DNA from: Terriglobia bacterium
GTDB lineage: Bacteria > Acidobacteriota > Terriglobia > 20CM-2-55-15
Direction of reading: 5' to 3'
Length of the DNA: 64,000 bases
Assembly (NCBI GenBank): GCA_965198225.1
Contig: CBDAOY010000009.1
Span: 800,001 to 864,000, forward strand
Made by a program: the position numbers and the translations under genes. The notes below the pieces were generated by a model that was given only the letters and a program-made list of their open reading frames with translations, did not search any database and was not told where the DNA came from. Positions 1 through 9,865 of this stretch are shown one piece after another. The stretch's first letter is position 1. Each line of letters begins with the position of its first letter.

Positions 1-1647
1 CAGGGCCAGCTCATCGGCGCCCGGCTTCCGGATTCGATCAAGGACCAGCAACTGGAAGTTTCCATCGACGGCGAGCGGGCCCACCTGTTCACGATCGATC
101 CGGAAGTCAAGGAATACGAAGGCGACCTCTTCACGCCTCCGATCAAGGTCGAAGCGGGTCCTCGTCGCGTCTCCGTGGTGTTCCTGAAAAAGTTTGATGG
201 CCCCGTGCAGGACCAGTTCTGGCTGATCGAACAACTGTTGCTGGACGCGACCGTCTCGGGTCACCCCGAAATGACCGCGTTGCCGCACCTGAAGAATTTC
301 TGGATTACGGGTCCGATGGACGTGACCGGCATTGCCGAAACACCCAGCCGTCGGAAAATCTTCAGCTGTCGGCCGGCCACGCCCAGCGGGGAACCCGCCT
401 GTGCGGCCGAGATCATTTCCCGTCTCGCCGGCCAGGCGTACCGCCGGCCCGCGACTCCGGAGGATCTGGAAGCCCTGATGCCGCAATACGAGGTGGGGCG
501 GAGCAACGGGACCTTCGACAGCGGAATCCAGACGGCGCTGCAGGCGATACTGCTGAACATGGAATTCATTTTCCGGTTCGAACGCACTCCGCCAGGAGTC
601 GGTCCCGGCGAAGCGTACCGCATCAGCGATCTGGAACTGGCCTCGCGCCTGTCCTACTTCCTCTGGAGCAGCAGCCCGGACGACGAACTCATCACGCTGG
701 CTAGCGAAGGCAAACTCAAGGACCCGGCCGTGCTCGAGCAGCAGGTCCAGCGGATGCTGAAGGATCCGCGATCTTCATCGCTTGTGGAAAACTTCGCGGG
801 ACAATGGCTGCGTCTGGGCGGCCTCATCGAAATCACGCCCGAATCCCTCATCTACCCGAACTTCACGCGAAATCTCGCCCATTCCATGCGGCGCGAGGTG
901 GAAATGCTTTTCGACAGCGTGATTCGCGAAGACCGCAACATTCTCGACCTGATGACGGCGGATTACACCTTCGTGGATGAGGTGCTGGCCCAACACTATG
1001 GTATCCCGAATATTGTCGGACCCCGATTCCAGCGCGTGACGTTGACCGATCCGAACCGGTTTGGACTGCTGGGAAAGGGGGGCATTCTGGTCATGACGGC
1101 ACTGCCCAACCGAACGTCCCCGGTGATAAGGGGTAAATACGTCCTGGAAGTCCTGCTTGGGACGCCTCCGCCGCTTCCGCCGGCGAATGTGCCGCCCTTT
1201 AAGGAAGCCGGTGATTTCGAGACAGTACAATCCGTGCGCGCTCGACTCGAACAGCACCGCGAAGTAGAGCCTTGCCAGTCATGCCATCAGATCATGGATC
1301 CGATCGGCATCGCGATGGAGAATTTCGATCCGGTCGGACTGTGGCGCACGAAAGATCACGGCAATGTCATCGATCCGGCCGACACGATGTATGACGGAAC
1401 ACCGCTCTCCGGACCCGTCAGCGTTCGGGACGCGGTTCTCAAGCATTCGGATCTCTTTGACTTGAACTTTGCGGAGCAGCTCCTGACCTACGGGTTGGGC
1501 CGCGTGGTGGATTACCGGGATCAGCCGGTCATCCGCTCAATCACGCGGGATGCGGCAAGAAACGGCAATCGATTCTCGGCCTTCGTCATGGGCGTGATCA
1601 AGAGCCCATCGTTCCAGATGTCGAGACGCGAGCAAACCGAACAATGA
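1..1647 (+). CDS. DUF1592/DUF1588/DUF1585 (PSD-domain) cytochrome-c-like protein, 5' truncated by window edge
   Basis: Frame is open from base 1. Motifs ELASRLSYFLWSS.PD, NFAGQWL, RTSPV.RG, CQSCH..MDP.G...ENFD..G.WR are typical of the family. Confidence 0.9.
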   Translation, partial: QGQLIGARLPDSIKDQQLEVSIDGERAHLFTIDPEVKEYEGDLFTPPIKVEAGPRRVSVVFLKKFDGPVQDQFWLIEQLLLDATVSGHPEMTALPHLKNFWITGPMDVTGIAETPSRRKIFSCRPATPSGEPACAAEIISRLAGQAYRRPATPEDLEALMPQYEVGRSNGTFDSGIQTALQAILLNMEFIFRFERTPPGVGPGEAYRISDLELASRLSYFLWSSSPDDELITLASEGKLKDPAVLEQQVQRMLKDPRSSSLVENFAGQWLRLGGLIEITPESLIYPNFTRNLAHSMRREVEMLFDSVIREDRNILDLMTADYTFVDEVLAQHYGIPNIVGPRFQRVTLTDPNRFGLLGKGGILVMTALPNRTSPVIRGKYVLEVLLGTPPPLPPANVPPFKEAGDFETVQSVRARLEQHREVEPCQSCHQIMDPIGIAMENFDPVGLWRTKDHGNVIDPADTMYDGTPLSGPVSVRDAVLKHSDLFDLNFAEQLLTYGLGRVVDYRDQPVIRSITRDAARNGNRFSAFVMGVIKSPSFQMSRREQTEQ

Positions 1648-1761
1648 TCGGTTGGCAGGCAGCAACGGTTGATAACGGAACCAGAAACGTGAAACATCGC
1701 GGTTTTTCCTGCGGCGTTTTGCTGAACCGAGTAAACCAAACAAACGGAAACGGCTAGACCA

Positions 1762-3132
1762 ATGTTCATAACGAAGAAGCACATCTCCAGGCGCGCGGTC
1801 CTCAGGGGCACGGGCGCGATGATTTCTCTGCCGCTGTTGGAAGCCATGGTGCCGGCTCAGACTCCACTGAACCGGACGGCGGCGTCTCCGAAAAGCCGTC
1901 TGGCCTGCATCGAGATCGTCCATGGCGATGCCGGCAGTACCAGTTACGGCACCGATAACAACCTCCGCATGCCGGCGAAGGAAGGTCGGGATTTCGAGTT
2001 TACGAAGATTCTCGAGCCGCTCGAGCCGTTTCGCGATGACCTTACCGTCGTCAGCATGATGAACTGCGATCCGGCCGACCCGATGATGCCCGAGGAGGTC
2101 GGCGCCGACCATTTCCGATCATCGGCCGTCTTCCTGACGGCGAGTCACCCGAAACAAACGATGGGGTCCGACGTGTATTGCGGACCGTCCGTCGATCAGC
2201 TCTATGCACAGACGTTCGGCCAGGACACACCGCTTCCGTCAATGCTCCTTCAGGTGGAGAATGAGGATGCCACGGGAGCCTGCTTCTACAACTACAGTTG
2301 TGTGTACATGAACACGATCAGCTGGGCGAGCGCGACACAGCCGCTGCCCATGACATACAACCCCCGTATGGCATTCGAGGAACTGTTCGGCAGTGGCGGC
2401 TCGGAAGCAGAGCGTGCCGAGCGCCGCAGGATCAACCGCAGTATTCTCGACGGACTGTCGCGCAGCGCCGCCAGCCTGACGCGAGGCCTGGGGCCGGCCG
2501 ACCGTGCACGCCTGGACAGCTACCTGGATAACGTTCGGGAAATCGAACGGCGCATCCAGGCCATCGAGGCCTACAACGCCAGCCATCCCGACCGGAACTT
2601 GCCGAACGCGCCCATCGGCGTGCCCGATTCCTGGGAAGAGCACGTGAAGCTGATGCTGGACCTTCAGGTACTGGCGTTCTCCGCGGAAGTCACGCGCGTT
2701 TCGGCGATGAAGTTCAGCCGTGACGTCTCGAATCGCGTATTTACTGAAAGCGGATCGAAAGCCGCGTTCCACGTCGCCTCGCATCATCAGTCCGTGGCGA
2801 AGTCGATCGAGGAACTGGCCCTCATCAACACGTACCATCATAGCCTCGTCGCCTACTTCGCCGACAAACTGAAGAACACGCCCGACGGCGACGGCAATCT
2901 GCTGGATCACTCTCTGGTTCTTTACGGCAGCTCGATGGGCGATTCGAACGTTCACGGTCACAAGCGTGTGCCATTCCTCCTGCTCGGCCACGCCGGCGGC
3001 TCGGTGAAGGGCAATCTTCACCTCAAGACTCCCGAAGGGACCCCGCAGGCCAACGGGTTGTTAACCATCCTTCAGAAGCTCGGAATGGACATCGACCAGT
3101 TTGGCGACAGCACGGGAACCATTTCAATCTGA
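1762..3132 (+). CDS. DUF1552 (HXXSHH) family protein with Tat-like leader
   Basis: N-terminal ISRRAVLRG, HVASHH motif, DGNLLDHS..LYGS.M, C-terminal FGDSTG; canonical position after the DUF1592 gene. Confidence 0.9.
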   Translation: MFITKKHISRRAVLRGTGAMISLPLLEAMVPAQTPLNRTAASPKSRLACIEIVHGDAGSTSYGTDNNLRMPAKEGRDFEFTKILEPLEPFRDDLTVVSMMNCDPADPMMPEEVGADHFRSSAVFLTASHPKQTMGSDVYCGPSVDQLYAQTFGQDTPLPSMLLQVENEDATGACFYNYSCVYMNTISWASATQPLPMTYNPRMAFEELFGSGGSEAERAERRRINRSILDGLSRSAASLTRGLGPADRARLDSYLDNVREIERRIQAIEAYNASHPDRNLPNAPIGVPDSWEEHVKLMLDLQVLAFSAEVTRVSAMKFSRDVSNRVFTESGSKAAFHVASHHQSVAKSIEELALINTYHHSLVAYFADKLKNTPDGDGNLLDHSLVLYGSSMGDSNVHGHKRVPFLLLGHAGGSVKGNLHLKTPEGTPQANGLLTILQKLGMDIDQFGDSTGTISI

Positions 3133-3151
3133 CGTCGCAGAGGAGAATTCA

Positions 3152-4723
3152 ATGTTCGGTCAAAGCGTCACTAGCGTCGTTCTCGGAATTTTGCTCGCGT
3201 CATCCGCCGGCGACGTCCGCATCGCGGACGCCGCCATGGAGCGCGATCACGCTACCGTCCAGTCGCTGTTGAAACAGAAAGCCGACGTCAATGCCGCACA
3301 AGGCGACGGCACGACGGCCCTGCACTGGTCGGCCTACCACGACGATCTCGAAATGATGCAGTGGTTGATCGAGGCCGGGGCCGACCTGAGCGCCACCACT
3401 CGTCTGGGGGCGATGACGCCGCTCGCCATCGCCGCCACCAACGGCAATGCCGCCACGGTCCAGCTATTGCTCGAAGCGGGCGCCGACCCGGATGCGGCCA
3501 ACAGCAACGGCACCACTCCGCTGATGGTGGCTGCAGCCGCCGGAAAACCGGAGGCGATCGAGCTGCTACTGGATGCGGGTGCGGATCCGAATGCGCGCGA
3601 GCTGACCAACGGCCAGACAACGGTCATGTTTGCCGCCGCGCTGAATCGCAGCGAAGCGATCCGCCTGCTTGCCGGGCGCGGCGCCGACGTGGATGTGTTG
3701 AGCGCCGTCTCCGAAGCCAAGGCCAATAAATCCTCCCATGACGCGCAGCGCGCCAAAAGCGTTGCCACCGTGGGGGGGAATGCCGCGCTTCACTTTGCGG
3801 CGAGAGAAGGCCAGTTCGACGCGGTTCGGGCGCTTCTGAAGGCCGGTGCGGACGTGAACCGGATCAGCAGCGCGAGCGACGGGATGACGCCCCTGGTGCA
3901 GGCCATCGTCAACGGCCGGTTCGATGTCGCCGAGGTCCTCCTGAAACAGGGTGCAGATCCGAACATCACATCGACCGCCTCCGGTGTCACCGCGCTTTGG
4001 GCTGTCCTGGATGCCCGGTATGCCCCGCGCGCATGGTATCCCTCGCCCAGCGTCGCCGAGGAAGAAACGAGTCACCTGGATCTGCTGAACGAACTGCTGG
4101 CCCACGGCGCCGACGTCAATGCGCGCCTGATCGTCAAGCCCTGGTTCAGGACCTTTGGCGACAGCAGACAACCGAATCCGGCCGGTGCAACCGCCTTCTA
4201 CCGGGCCGCACAAGCCAACGATGTGCCGGCGCTGAAGATTCTGCTGGACGCGGGCGCGAACCCGACGATCCCGACAACCGGCGGGACGGAACCGATCGTG
4301 GTCGCCGCGGGCCTGAACCAGGATTTTCAGGGCGCCCACTTCGTGCCGGAGTCGCGACTGGAAACGATCCGCTTTCTTGTCGAAGAGGCCGGCGCCGACG
4401 TCAAAGCCAGCGACTTGCTCGGCTATTCGGTCCTGCATGCCGCGGCCTACATCGGCCGTAACGACATCATCGAATATCTGGTGACGCATGGTGCGGACGT
4501 GAGTCGCCGCGCAAACCAGATCAGCAGCGGTAGTTCAGCTCAGACGGCAGAGCCCGGTCAGGGCGACACCGTCGCGGATATGGCCAACGGCTGGGTGGAA
4601 AAGACGCTTCAGTTTCCAGAGACCGTCAATCTGTTGATCGAGCTCGGTTCTGACTTTTCCAATACCTGCTGGGCGTCGGTGTGCGTCAACCCGCGGACCG
4701 ACAAGAAACCCACGAACCGCTGA
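3152..4723 (+). CDS. Secreted ankyrin-repeat protein
   Basis: Many G.T(A/P)LH..A / GADVN repeats; ATG at 3152 preceded by AGGAG; hydrophobic signal peptide. Confidence 0.9.
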   Translation: MFGQSVTSVVLGILLASSAGDVRIADAAMERDHATVQSLLKQKADVNAAQGDGTTALHWSAYHDDLEMMQWLIEAGADLSATTRLGAMTPLAIAATNGNAATVQLLLEAGADPDAANSNGTTPLMVAAAAGKPEAIELLLDAGADPNARELTNGQTTVMFAAALNRSEAIRLLAGRGADVDVLSAVSEAKANKSSHDAQRAKSVATVGGNAALHFAAREGQFDAVRALLKAGADVNRISSASDGMTPLVQAIVNGRFDVAEVLLKQGADPNITSTASGVTALWAVLDARYAPRAWYPSPSVAEEETSHLDLLNELLAHGADVNARLIVKPWFRTFGDSRQPNPAGATAFYRAAQANDVPALKILLDAGANPTIPTTGGTEPIVVAAGLNQDFQGAHFVPESRLETIRFLVEEAGADVKASDLLGYSVLHAAAYIGRNDIIEYLVTHGADVSRRANQISSGSSAQTAEPGQGDTVADMANGWVEKTLQFPETVNLLIELGSDFSNTCWASVCVNPRTDKKPTNR

Positions 4724-4944
4724 TTCTCTTCCCCAGGCTGCCGGGCGCCGGAGCATAGACAAAATAAGTGGCCGCCCACGAATAGTTTCGGCTGCGGCGC
4801 GAGCTGGCAGGTGCCCGGTCGGCGTCGGCGTGCTGTGTGCGAGGCGAGATCTGGGATCGCTACCTCTAGAAGCAGCACGTATCGCCACCCCCCAGCGGGG
4901 GCCTAGCTCGGCCAAGGCGGAGACGCATCCGAGAGAAGTCTGTT

Positions 4945-5382
4945 ATGGAGTACTTGAGGCTCTGCGCGGCCATCGTCGGGGCACTTCTGTTGCTGGGTTG
5001 TTCCAGTGCTGAGGAGAGTCGTTCCGTGAACCTGAACGCCGATCAATCGGCCGAAGATGCGCTGGCAGAGACGCGAGCGGAAGGCGAGGTATCGGCCGTG
5101 AGTGTCCTGAGAATCCTGAATACGGCCGCAGTGGCGTACTTTGCAAGGAACGGGCGTTACCCAAGCCTCGAAGAATTAACCGAGGCGGGGTTGGTGAACC
5201 TGGAGGATGCTGGGGATTCACAAGGACCGTATCAGTACAGCCTCTCCGAAACGGAGGCCGGATATGAGATAGTCGCCCGCCCGGAAGAGGAGTCTTGGGC
5301 CTACTTTTATTGTGACGAGACGGGCATCATCCGTTCCGAAATCGGGCGGCCTGCCAATGCGGAGAGTGCTCCAGCGAATTAG
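4945..5382 (+). CDS. Lipoprotein with pilin/pseudopilin-like domain
   Basis: Lipobox LLGC; LRILNTAAVAYFARNGRYPSLEEL and Y.I.A.P...FY.DETG.IR segments resemble pilin-like globular domains. Confidence 0.6.
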   Translation: MEYLRLCAAIVGALLLLGCSSAEESRSVNLNADQSAEDALAETRAEGEVSAVSVLRILNTAAVAYFARNGRYPSLEELTEAGLVNLEDAGDSQGPYQYSLSETEAGYEIVARPEEESWAYFYCDETGIIRSEIGRPANAESAPAN

Positions 5383-5643
5383 GCGGTCACGGCGCACGCG
5401 ACTCGTGACACTTTCTACTTGGTTCGCCTAAGAGGTCTGAAGAACTGAAGTAACGGGTGCCAGCACCGTACTGTGGCCCGGATTTGCAATTCTCAACTCC
5501 CACTAAGTCGCCTACACGGAAACGTGGAATCATCAGGTTCATTGTCGGGTTCCGTTTGTGCTCCATTAAGAGTCGAGACTCGGAAACACCATTGTTTCTA
5601 TTAGAAGGAATCGACGCCAATTTGACAGTTTACGATTCAGGGT

Positions 5644-5690
5644 TAGTTTCGCAAGCTAGACGTCGCGGGTTCGATCCCCGTCTCCCGCTC
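5644..5690 (+). pseudogene. 3' half of a tRNA (tRNA-Gly-like) remnant, possible att site
   Basis: caagctagacgtc-gcggg-TTCGATC-cccgt-ctcccgctc gives anticodon 3' arm, T-arm and acceptor 3' strand; no 5' half or D-arm upstream; anticodon loop degenerate; no CCA. Confidence 0.7.
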
Positions 5691-5706
5691 TTTAATCAAT
5701 GACTTA

Positions 5707-5732
5707 CGGGCCGGTCTTCCGGCCTGTTTTTT
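5707..5732 (+). terminator. Intrinsic terminator-like hairpin
   Basis: cgggccgg-tctt-ccggcctg followed by T6. Confidence 0.55.
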
Positions 5733-5891
5733 CTGTAATTCGCCAGGCACACCCCAGCGGCGACATTCCTGCTGTGCGCCTTGCCTCCCGCAGTTCTTCA
5801 ATCCCCACCTATTTCACGTATCCGCTGCGACAGGGCGGCCGGATATGCGATTATGAACCGACGATTCGGGTGCCGCGAAGGGGGGAGGCGG

Positions 5892-7706
5892 ATGACGAGG
5901 AGAATAGCGATGACGAGAAGGGGGTTTGGGCTGGCCGTTGCGATTCTGCTCGCCGTGACGTCGGGCTGCGGTGGCGGCGATTCGCGGGAGGGTCTGAAGG
6001 TCTACCGCCATTCCGAGAACGGATCACCGACCAATATCGATCCGATTCGGTCCAATACAGTCTATGCGAACATCATCACCGTCAACGTCTACGACACACT
6101 CTACCGCTACAAGTATCTCGCGCGGCCTTACGAGCTCATACCCAACCTCGCTGTCGGCATGCCCGAGGTTTCGGACGACGGCCTGAACTATACGATCGGG
6201 ATAAGACAGGGCGTCGAGTTCATCGACGACGAAGCCTTTCCGGACGGAGTTGGAAGGGAGGTTGTTGCCGGCGATTTCGTCTACTCGATCAAACGGCATT
6301 TCCATCCGGAGAACATCTCTACGGGCGCCTGGCTCTGGGATGGCCGGATCGAAGGCATGGACCAATGGATAGAGGCCGGTGGCGATTACGACGCCCCGGT
6401 ATCCGGTTTGACCGCGCCAGACGACTATACGATCCGGATTCGACTGACCCGGCCGTTTCCCCAGCTGACCTACACGTTTGCTATGGGCTTCTCAGCCTTC
6501 GTGCCGTATGAGGCCGTCGAATATCACGGCACCGCGTTCGGCCGGCGCGCCGTGGGCTCGGGTCCCTATCGGCTCATCGCTTTCAACACGACGCGCGCCG
6601 TCTTCGAAGCCAACGAGAAATACCGTGAAGAGCCGCTGGACCTGGCCTACGAGGGCTACGATCCCGACGTGCACGGACATCTCGGTATCGAAACGCTGGC
6701 CGGTCTCGCGCCTCCCTATGTGGATCGTCTCGAGATCGATTTCATCGAGGAAACTTCCTCACGCTGGGCCTCGTTTACATCGGGCCGCGAGATTCAATAT
6801 GCGACCGTGCCGCCCGAACAAGTGCCGTCCGTACTGGCATCGAGGAATCCGGTCACACTCAACCCTGAGTTCGCCGACCGCTACCATATGATCTCGACGC
6901 CCGAAACCGGTCTCGTGTTCACGGTCTTCAACATGGACGATCCCGTGATCGGTGTAAACGACGATCCCGAGCGCAATCGGATGAATCGGGAGCTCCGCTG
7001 TTCCGTTCGCGATGCGTTCAGCTGGCAGCAGCGCAACGAGCGTTTCTATGCCGGTCTCGGCGTCGTCTTTCCCGGCATGATCCCGCCCGTGGTGCCCGAG
7101 TTCGACGCCGGCATGGACCAGGACTCCGTGACCCAGAATGCGGATCGCGCGCGCCGGCGGCTCGCGGATGCGGGCTGGACGGCTGCGAGCCTGCCCGAAC
7201 TCGAGTACGGTTCGACGGCGAATACGATCAACCGCGAGATGTACGAGCAGTTTCGCGGCAATCTCACGAACGTCGGTTATCCGCAGGACAAGATCTCCAT
7301 TCGAACGTTCGCGAACTTCGGCGATTTCAACGAGGCCATGAGGAACAGGGAGCTCATGATCATGGGCTACGGCTGGGGCATGGACTATCCCGATGCCGAG
7401 AACACACTGCAACTCTTCTACGGACCCAACGGCTCGCCGGGTTCGAACGCCTCGAATTACAGCAATCCCGAATACGATGCCCTGTACGAACAGGCGGCCG
7501 TGATGCAGCCCTCACCGGAACGCACGGCGATATTCCAGCGCATGAACCAGATGCTGATCGACGACTGCGTCGGGCTCATGGCACTGTCGCGCCAGAGCGT
7601 GTTCGTCTGGCACAAGGACGTGATCGGCCAGCCGGACCGTGAAGTCCTCGGCGGTTTCTGGCTGCGCTTTGTCGGCGTCCCCGACGTTGCCGGCTCGACC
7701 GACTGA
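5892..7706 (+). CDS. oppA: ABC transporter substrate-binding lipoprotein (OppA/DppA family 5)
   Basis: Lipobox TSGC, VYDTLY.Y, P.LA..P, VGSGPY, GWG.DYPDAEN motifs; start at 5892 or 5910. Confidence 0.88.
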   Translation: MTRRIAMTRRGFGLAVAILLAVTSGCGGGDSREGLKVYRHSENGSPTNIDPIRSNTVYANIITVNVYDTLYRYKYLARPYELIPNLAVGMPEVSDDGLNYTIGIRQGVEFIDDEAFPDGVGREVVAGDFVYSIKRHFHPENISTGAWLWDGRIEGMDQWIEAGGDYDAPVSGLTAPDDYTIRIRLTRPFPQLTYTFAMGFSAFVPYEAVEYHGTAFGRRAVGSGPYRLIAFNTTRAVFEANEKYREEPLDLAYEGYDPDVHGHLGIETLAGLAPPYVDRLEIDFIEETSSRWASFTSGREIQYATVPPEQVPSVLASRNPVTLNPEFADRYHMISTPETGLVFTVFNMDDPVIGVNDDPERNRMNRELRCSVRDAFSWQQRNERFYAGLGVVFPGMIPPVVPEFDAGMDQDSVTQNADRARRRLADAGWTAASLPELEYGSTANTINREMYEQFRGNLTNVGYPQDKISIRTFANFGDFNEAMRNRELMIMGYGWGMDYPDAENTLQLFYGPNGSPGSNASNYSNPEYDALYEQAAVMQPSPERTAIFQRMNQMLIDDCVGLMALSRQSVFVWHKDVIGQPDREVLGGFWLRFVGVPDVAGSTD

Positions 7707-7708
7707 GG

Positions 7709-7979
7709 TAGTGGTCCCCGCCAGAGATAACGTTACTATCTCCGAAGGAGGTTGCGAGCGGACTGGGTGAAATCCACTGTGATGTATGTGTGTGCTTTCG
7801 ACGGTGTTGAGTGTTCATGAGGGGCAACCTCCATCGGCCCTGCGGGTTCGGGCGGAACGGTGCCGTCTTTGGCGTCGCTCCTCTTCACAATGTCGAAGCA
7901 TTGGCTCCTCGTCGCTCCCCCAAATCCGGTGCCGTTGCACTCCGAAATCTAGTAACGCTATCTCTGGCGGGGACCACTA
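7709..7979. mobile_element. MITE with 30-bp terminal inverted repeats (TA-flanked)
   Basis: 7709-7738 tagtggtccccgccagagataacgttacta vs 7950-7979 tagtaacgctatctctggcggggaccacta (1 mismatch); no transposase inside. Confidence 0.85.
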
Positions 7980-8016
7980 GGACAAAATCCTTGAGCCACG
8001 AGACGCGTGAGGCGCG

Positions 8017-8970
8017 ATGGACCTTTTAGGGTTTGCGCTCCGGAAACTGCTCTACGGCATCCCGCTGATCCTCGGTGTGAGCTTCGTGAGCTTTCTGCTC
8101 ATGGTTTACTTCGGACCCGACCTGACCTTCCAGCTCGTCGGACGCAATCCCAGCGTCGAGCAGCTCGAACGGGCGCGTGAGCTGCTCGGCTACAACGATC
8201 CGTTCCTGCTTCGCTATCTCGATTATCTGCGTGAGCTCGCAACGCTCGATTTCGGCGAGTCGCTTTCGACGGGCGAGCCGGTCCGAGAGCTGCTCGCGCG
8301 GACGGTGCCGAACTCGATCCTCGTCACGCTGCCCGGATTCGTCATCGGCAACCTTCTCGGGATCGGGCTCGCGCTCGTCGCGGGTTGGTTCCGCGGCGGC
8401 ATCGCCGACAAGCTGATCATGGCCGCCGCAGTCGTCGGCATGAGCATCAGCTTTCTGATCATCATCATCGCCTTCCAGCTCTTCTTCTCGTCGCGTTACG
8501 GACTCAACTATTTCCCGGTGCTCGGCTGGGAAGTCTCGAATCTCGGCAACTACATTTACTATGTCACGGTGCCGACGCTCGCGATCGTCTTCATCTCGCT
8601 CGGCTACAACACGCGCTTCTATCGCGCCGTCGTCGTCGAGGAGATGAGCCGGGACTACGTACGCACGGCGCGCGCCTATGGCGCCGGTGCCGGGCATATC
8701 CTGTTCCGGCATGTGCTGAAGAACAGCATGATTCCGATCATCACACGAATCATGTTTTCGATTCCGTCGATCATCATCGGCGGCAGTCTGCTCATCGAGG
8801 CGTATTTCGGGATTCCGGGCGTCGGCGCGGCCGCTTACGACGCGATCACGACCGGCGATCAGCCGGTGCTCAAGGCCGTGGTTGGTTTGACGGCCGTTCT
8901 CTTCGCGCTCGTCATTATAGTGAACGACGTGCTCTATCGTGTCGTCGACCCTCGGGTGTCCGTCAAATGA
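8017..8970 (+). CDS. oppB: Peptide ABC transporter permease
   Basis: DFGES, DYVRTARAYG (EAA loop), IEAYFGIPGVG, C-terminal DPRV. Confidence 0.92.
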   Translation: MDLLGFALRKLLYGIPLILGVSFVSFLLMVYFGPDLTFQLVGRNPSVEQLERARELLGYNDPFLLRYLDYLRELATLDFGESLSTGEPVRELLARTVPNSILVTLPGFVIGNLLGIGLALVAGWFRGGIADKLIMAAAVVGMSISFLIIIIAFQLFFSSRYGLNYFPVLGWEVSNLGNYIYYVTVPTLAIVFISLGYNTRFYRAVVVEEMSRDYVRTARAYGAGAGHILFRHVLKNSMIPIITRIMFSIPSIIIGGSLLIEAYFGIPGVGAAAYDAITTGDQPVLKAVVGLTAVLFALVIIVNDVLYRVVDPRVSVK

Positions 8971-9860
8971 GCGTCGCCGCCGAATCGCTGCCCGCGGCGG
9001 GCATCCGGTCGGACTCGCTCTGGCGCAAGGGCCTGAGGAAGCTCGCGCACGACCGGTTCGGGGTCGCAGCACTGGCCATCGTCCTCGCCTATCTGCTCAT
9101 TGCCGCCTGCGTCTGGCTCGGGCTGCTCGGGCAGGACTGGTTCGTGACGACCGACTCGAGTTTTGCGCCTGCGTCGGCCGAGCACTGGTTCGGCACGACG
9201 CGAAACGGGCAGGACATATTCGATCGCGCCATCTTCTCGACCAAGACGGCCTTCGAGATCGGTCTGCTCGTAGCGCTGTTCACAACGGCGATCGGCGGTG
9301 TCCTCGGCGCCATCTCCGGATTCTATGCCGGCGGTTGGATCGATGAAGTGCTGCTCTGGTTCATGGGCGTGCTCGACGCGATTCCGTTCTACCTGTTCGT
9401 CGCCGCCGTCGCCTACGCGATGCAGGGACATCCGCTCGGCATGCACGCGGCTCTGATCGCCACGCTCTGGACGACGACTGGCCGCATCATCCGCGGCGAA
9501 GTCATGAAGCTCAGGAGTCTCGAGTTCGTCGAGGCCGCGCGGGCCGTCGGCGTGGGGAACCTGCTCGTGATTTTCCGGCACATCCTGCCGAATACTTCTC
9601 ACATTCTGCTGGTGCAGGCGACGATCGTTTTCGTCACGGCGATCAAGGTCGAGGTGATCCTGTCTTTCCTCGGCATCGGCACGCAGGATGGCGTGAGCTG
9701 GGGGCTCATGATCTCGCAGTCGACGAACGAGGTGACGGCCGGCTTCTTCAATAACTTCATCGCGGCATCAGCGTTCATGTTCGTGCTCGTCCTTGCATTC
9801 AATCTGTTTTCGGATGCGCTGCAGGATGCGCTCGATCCGAAGAAGGTGACGGGGGACTGA
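8967..9860 (+). CDS. oppC: Peptide ABC transporter permease
   Basis: Starts MSVAAES at an ATGA overlap with oppB; HWFGT..GQD, EFVEAARAVG, LSFLGIG, DALQDALDP. Confidence 0.92.
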   Translation: MSVAAESLPAAGIRSDSLWRKGLRKLAHDRFGVAALAIVLAYLLIAACVWLGLLGQDWFVTTDSSFAPASAEHWFGTTRNGQDIFDRAIFSTKTAFEIGLLVALFTTAIGGVLGAISGFYAGGWIDEVLLWFMGVLDAIPFYLFVAAVAYAMQGHPLGMHAALIATLWTTTGRIIRGEVMKLRSLEFVEAARAVGVGNLLVIFRHILPNTSHILLVQATIVFVTAIKVEVILSFLGIGTQDGVSWGLMISQSTNEVTAGFFNNFIAASAFMFVLVLAFNLFSDALQDALDPKKVTGD

Positions 9861-9865
9861 GGCCC

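Noticed and set aside
5644-5690. Functional tRNA gene
   Set aside because: No 5' acceptor strand or D-arm, and no CCA.
8385-8966. N-terminal extension of the 491-aa ORF 8385..9860
   Set aside because: Out-of-frame overlap with oppB; the real oppC start is 8967.
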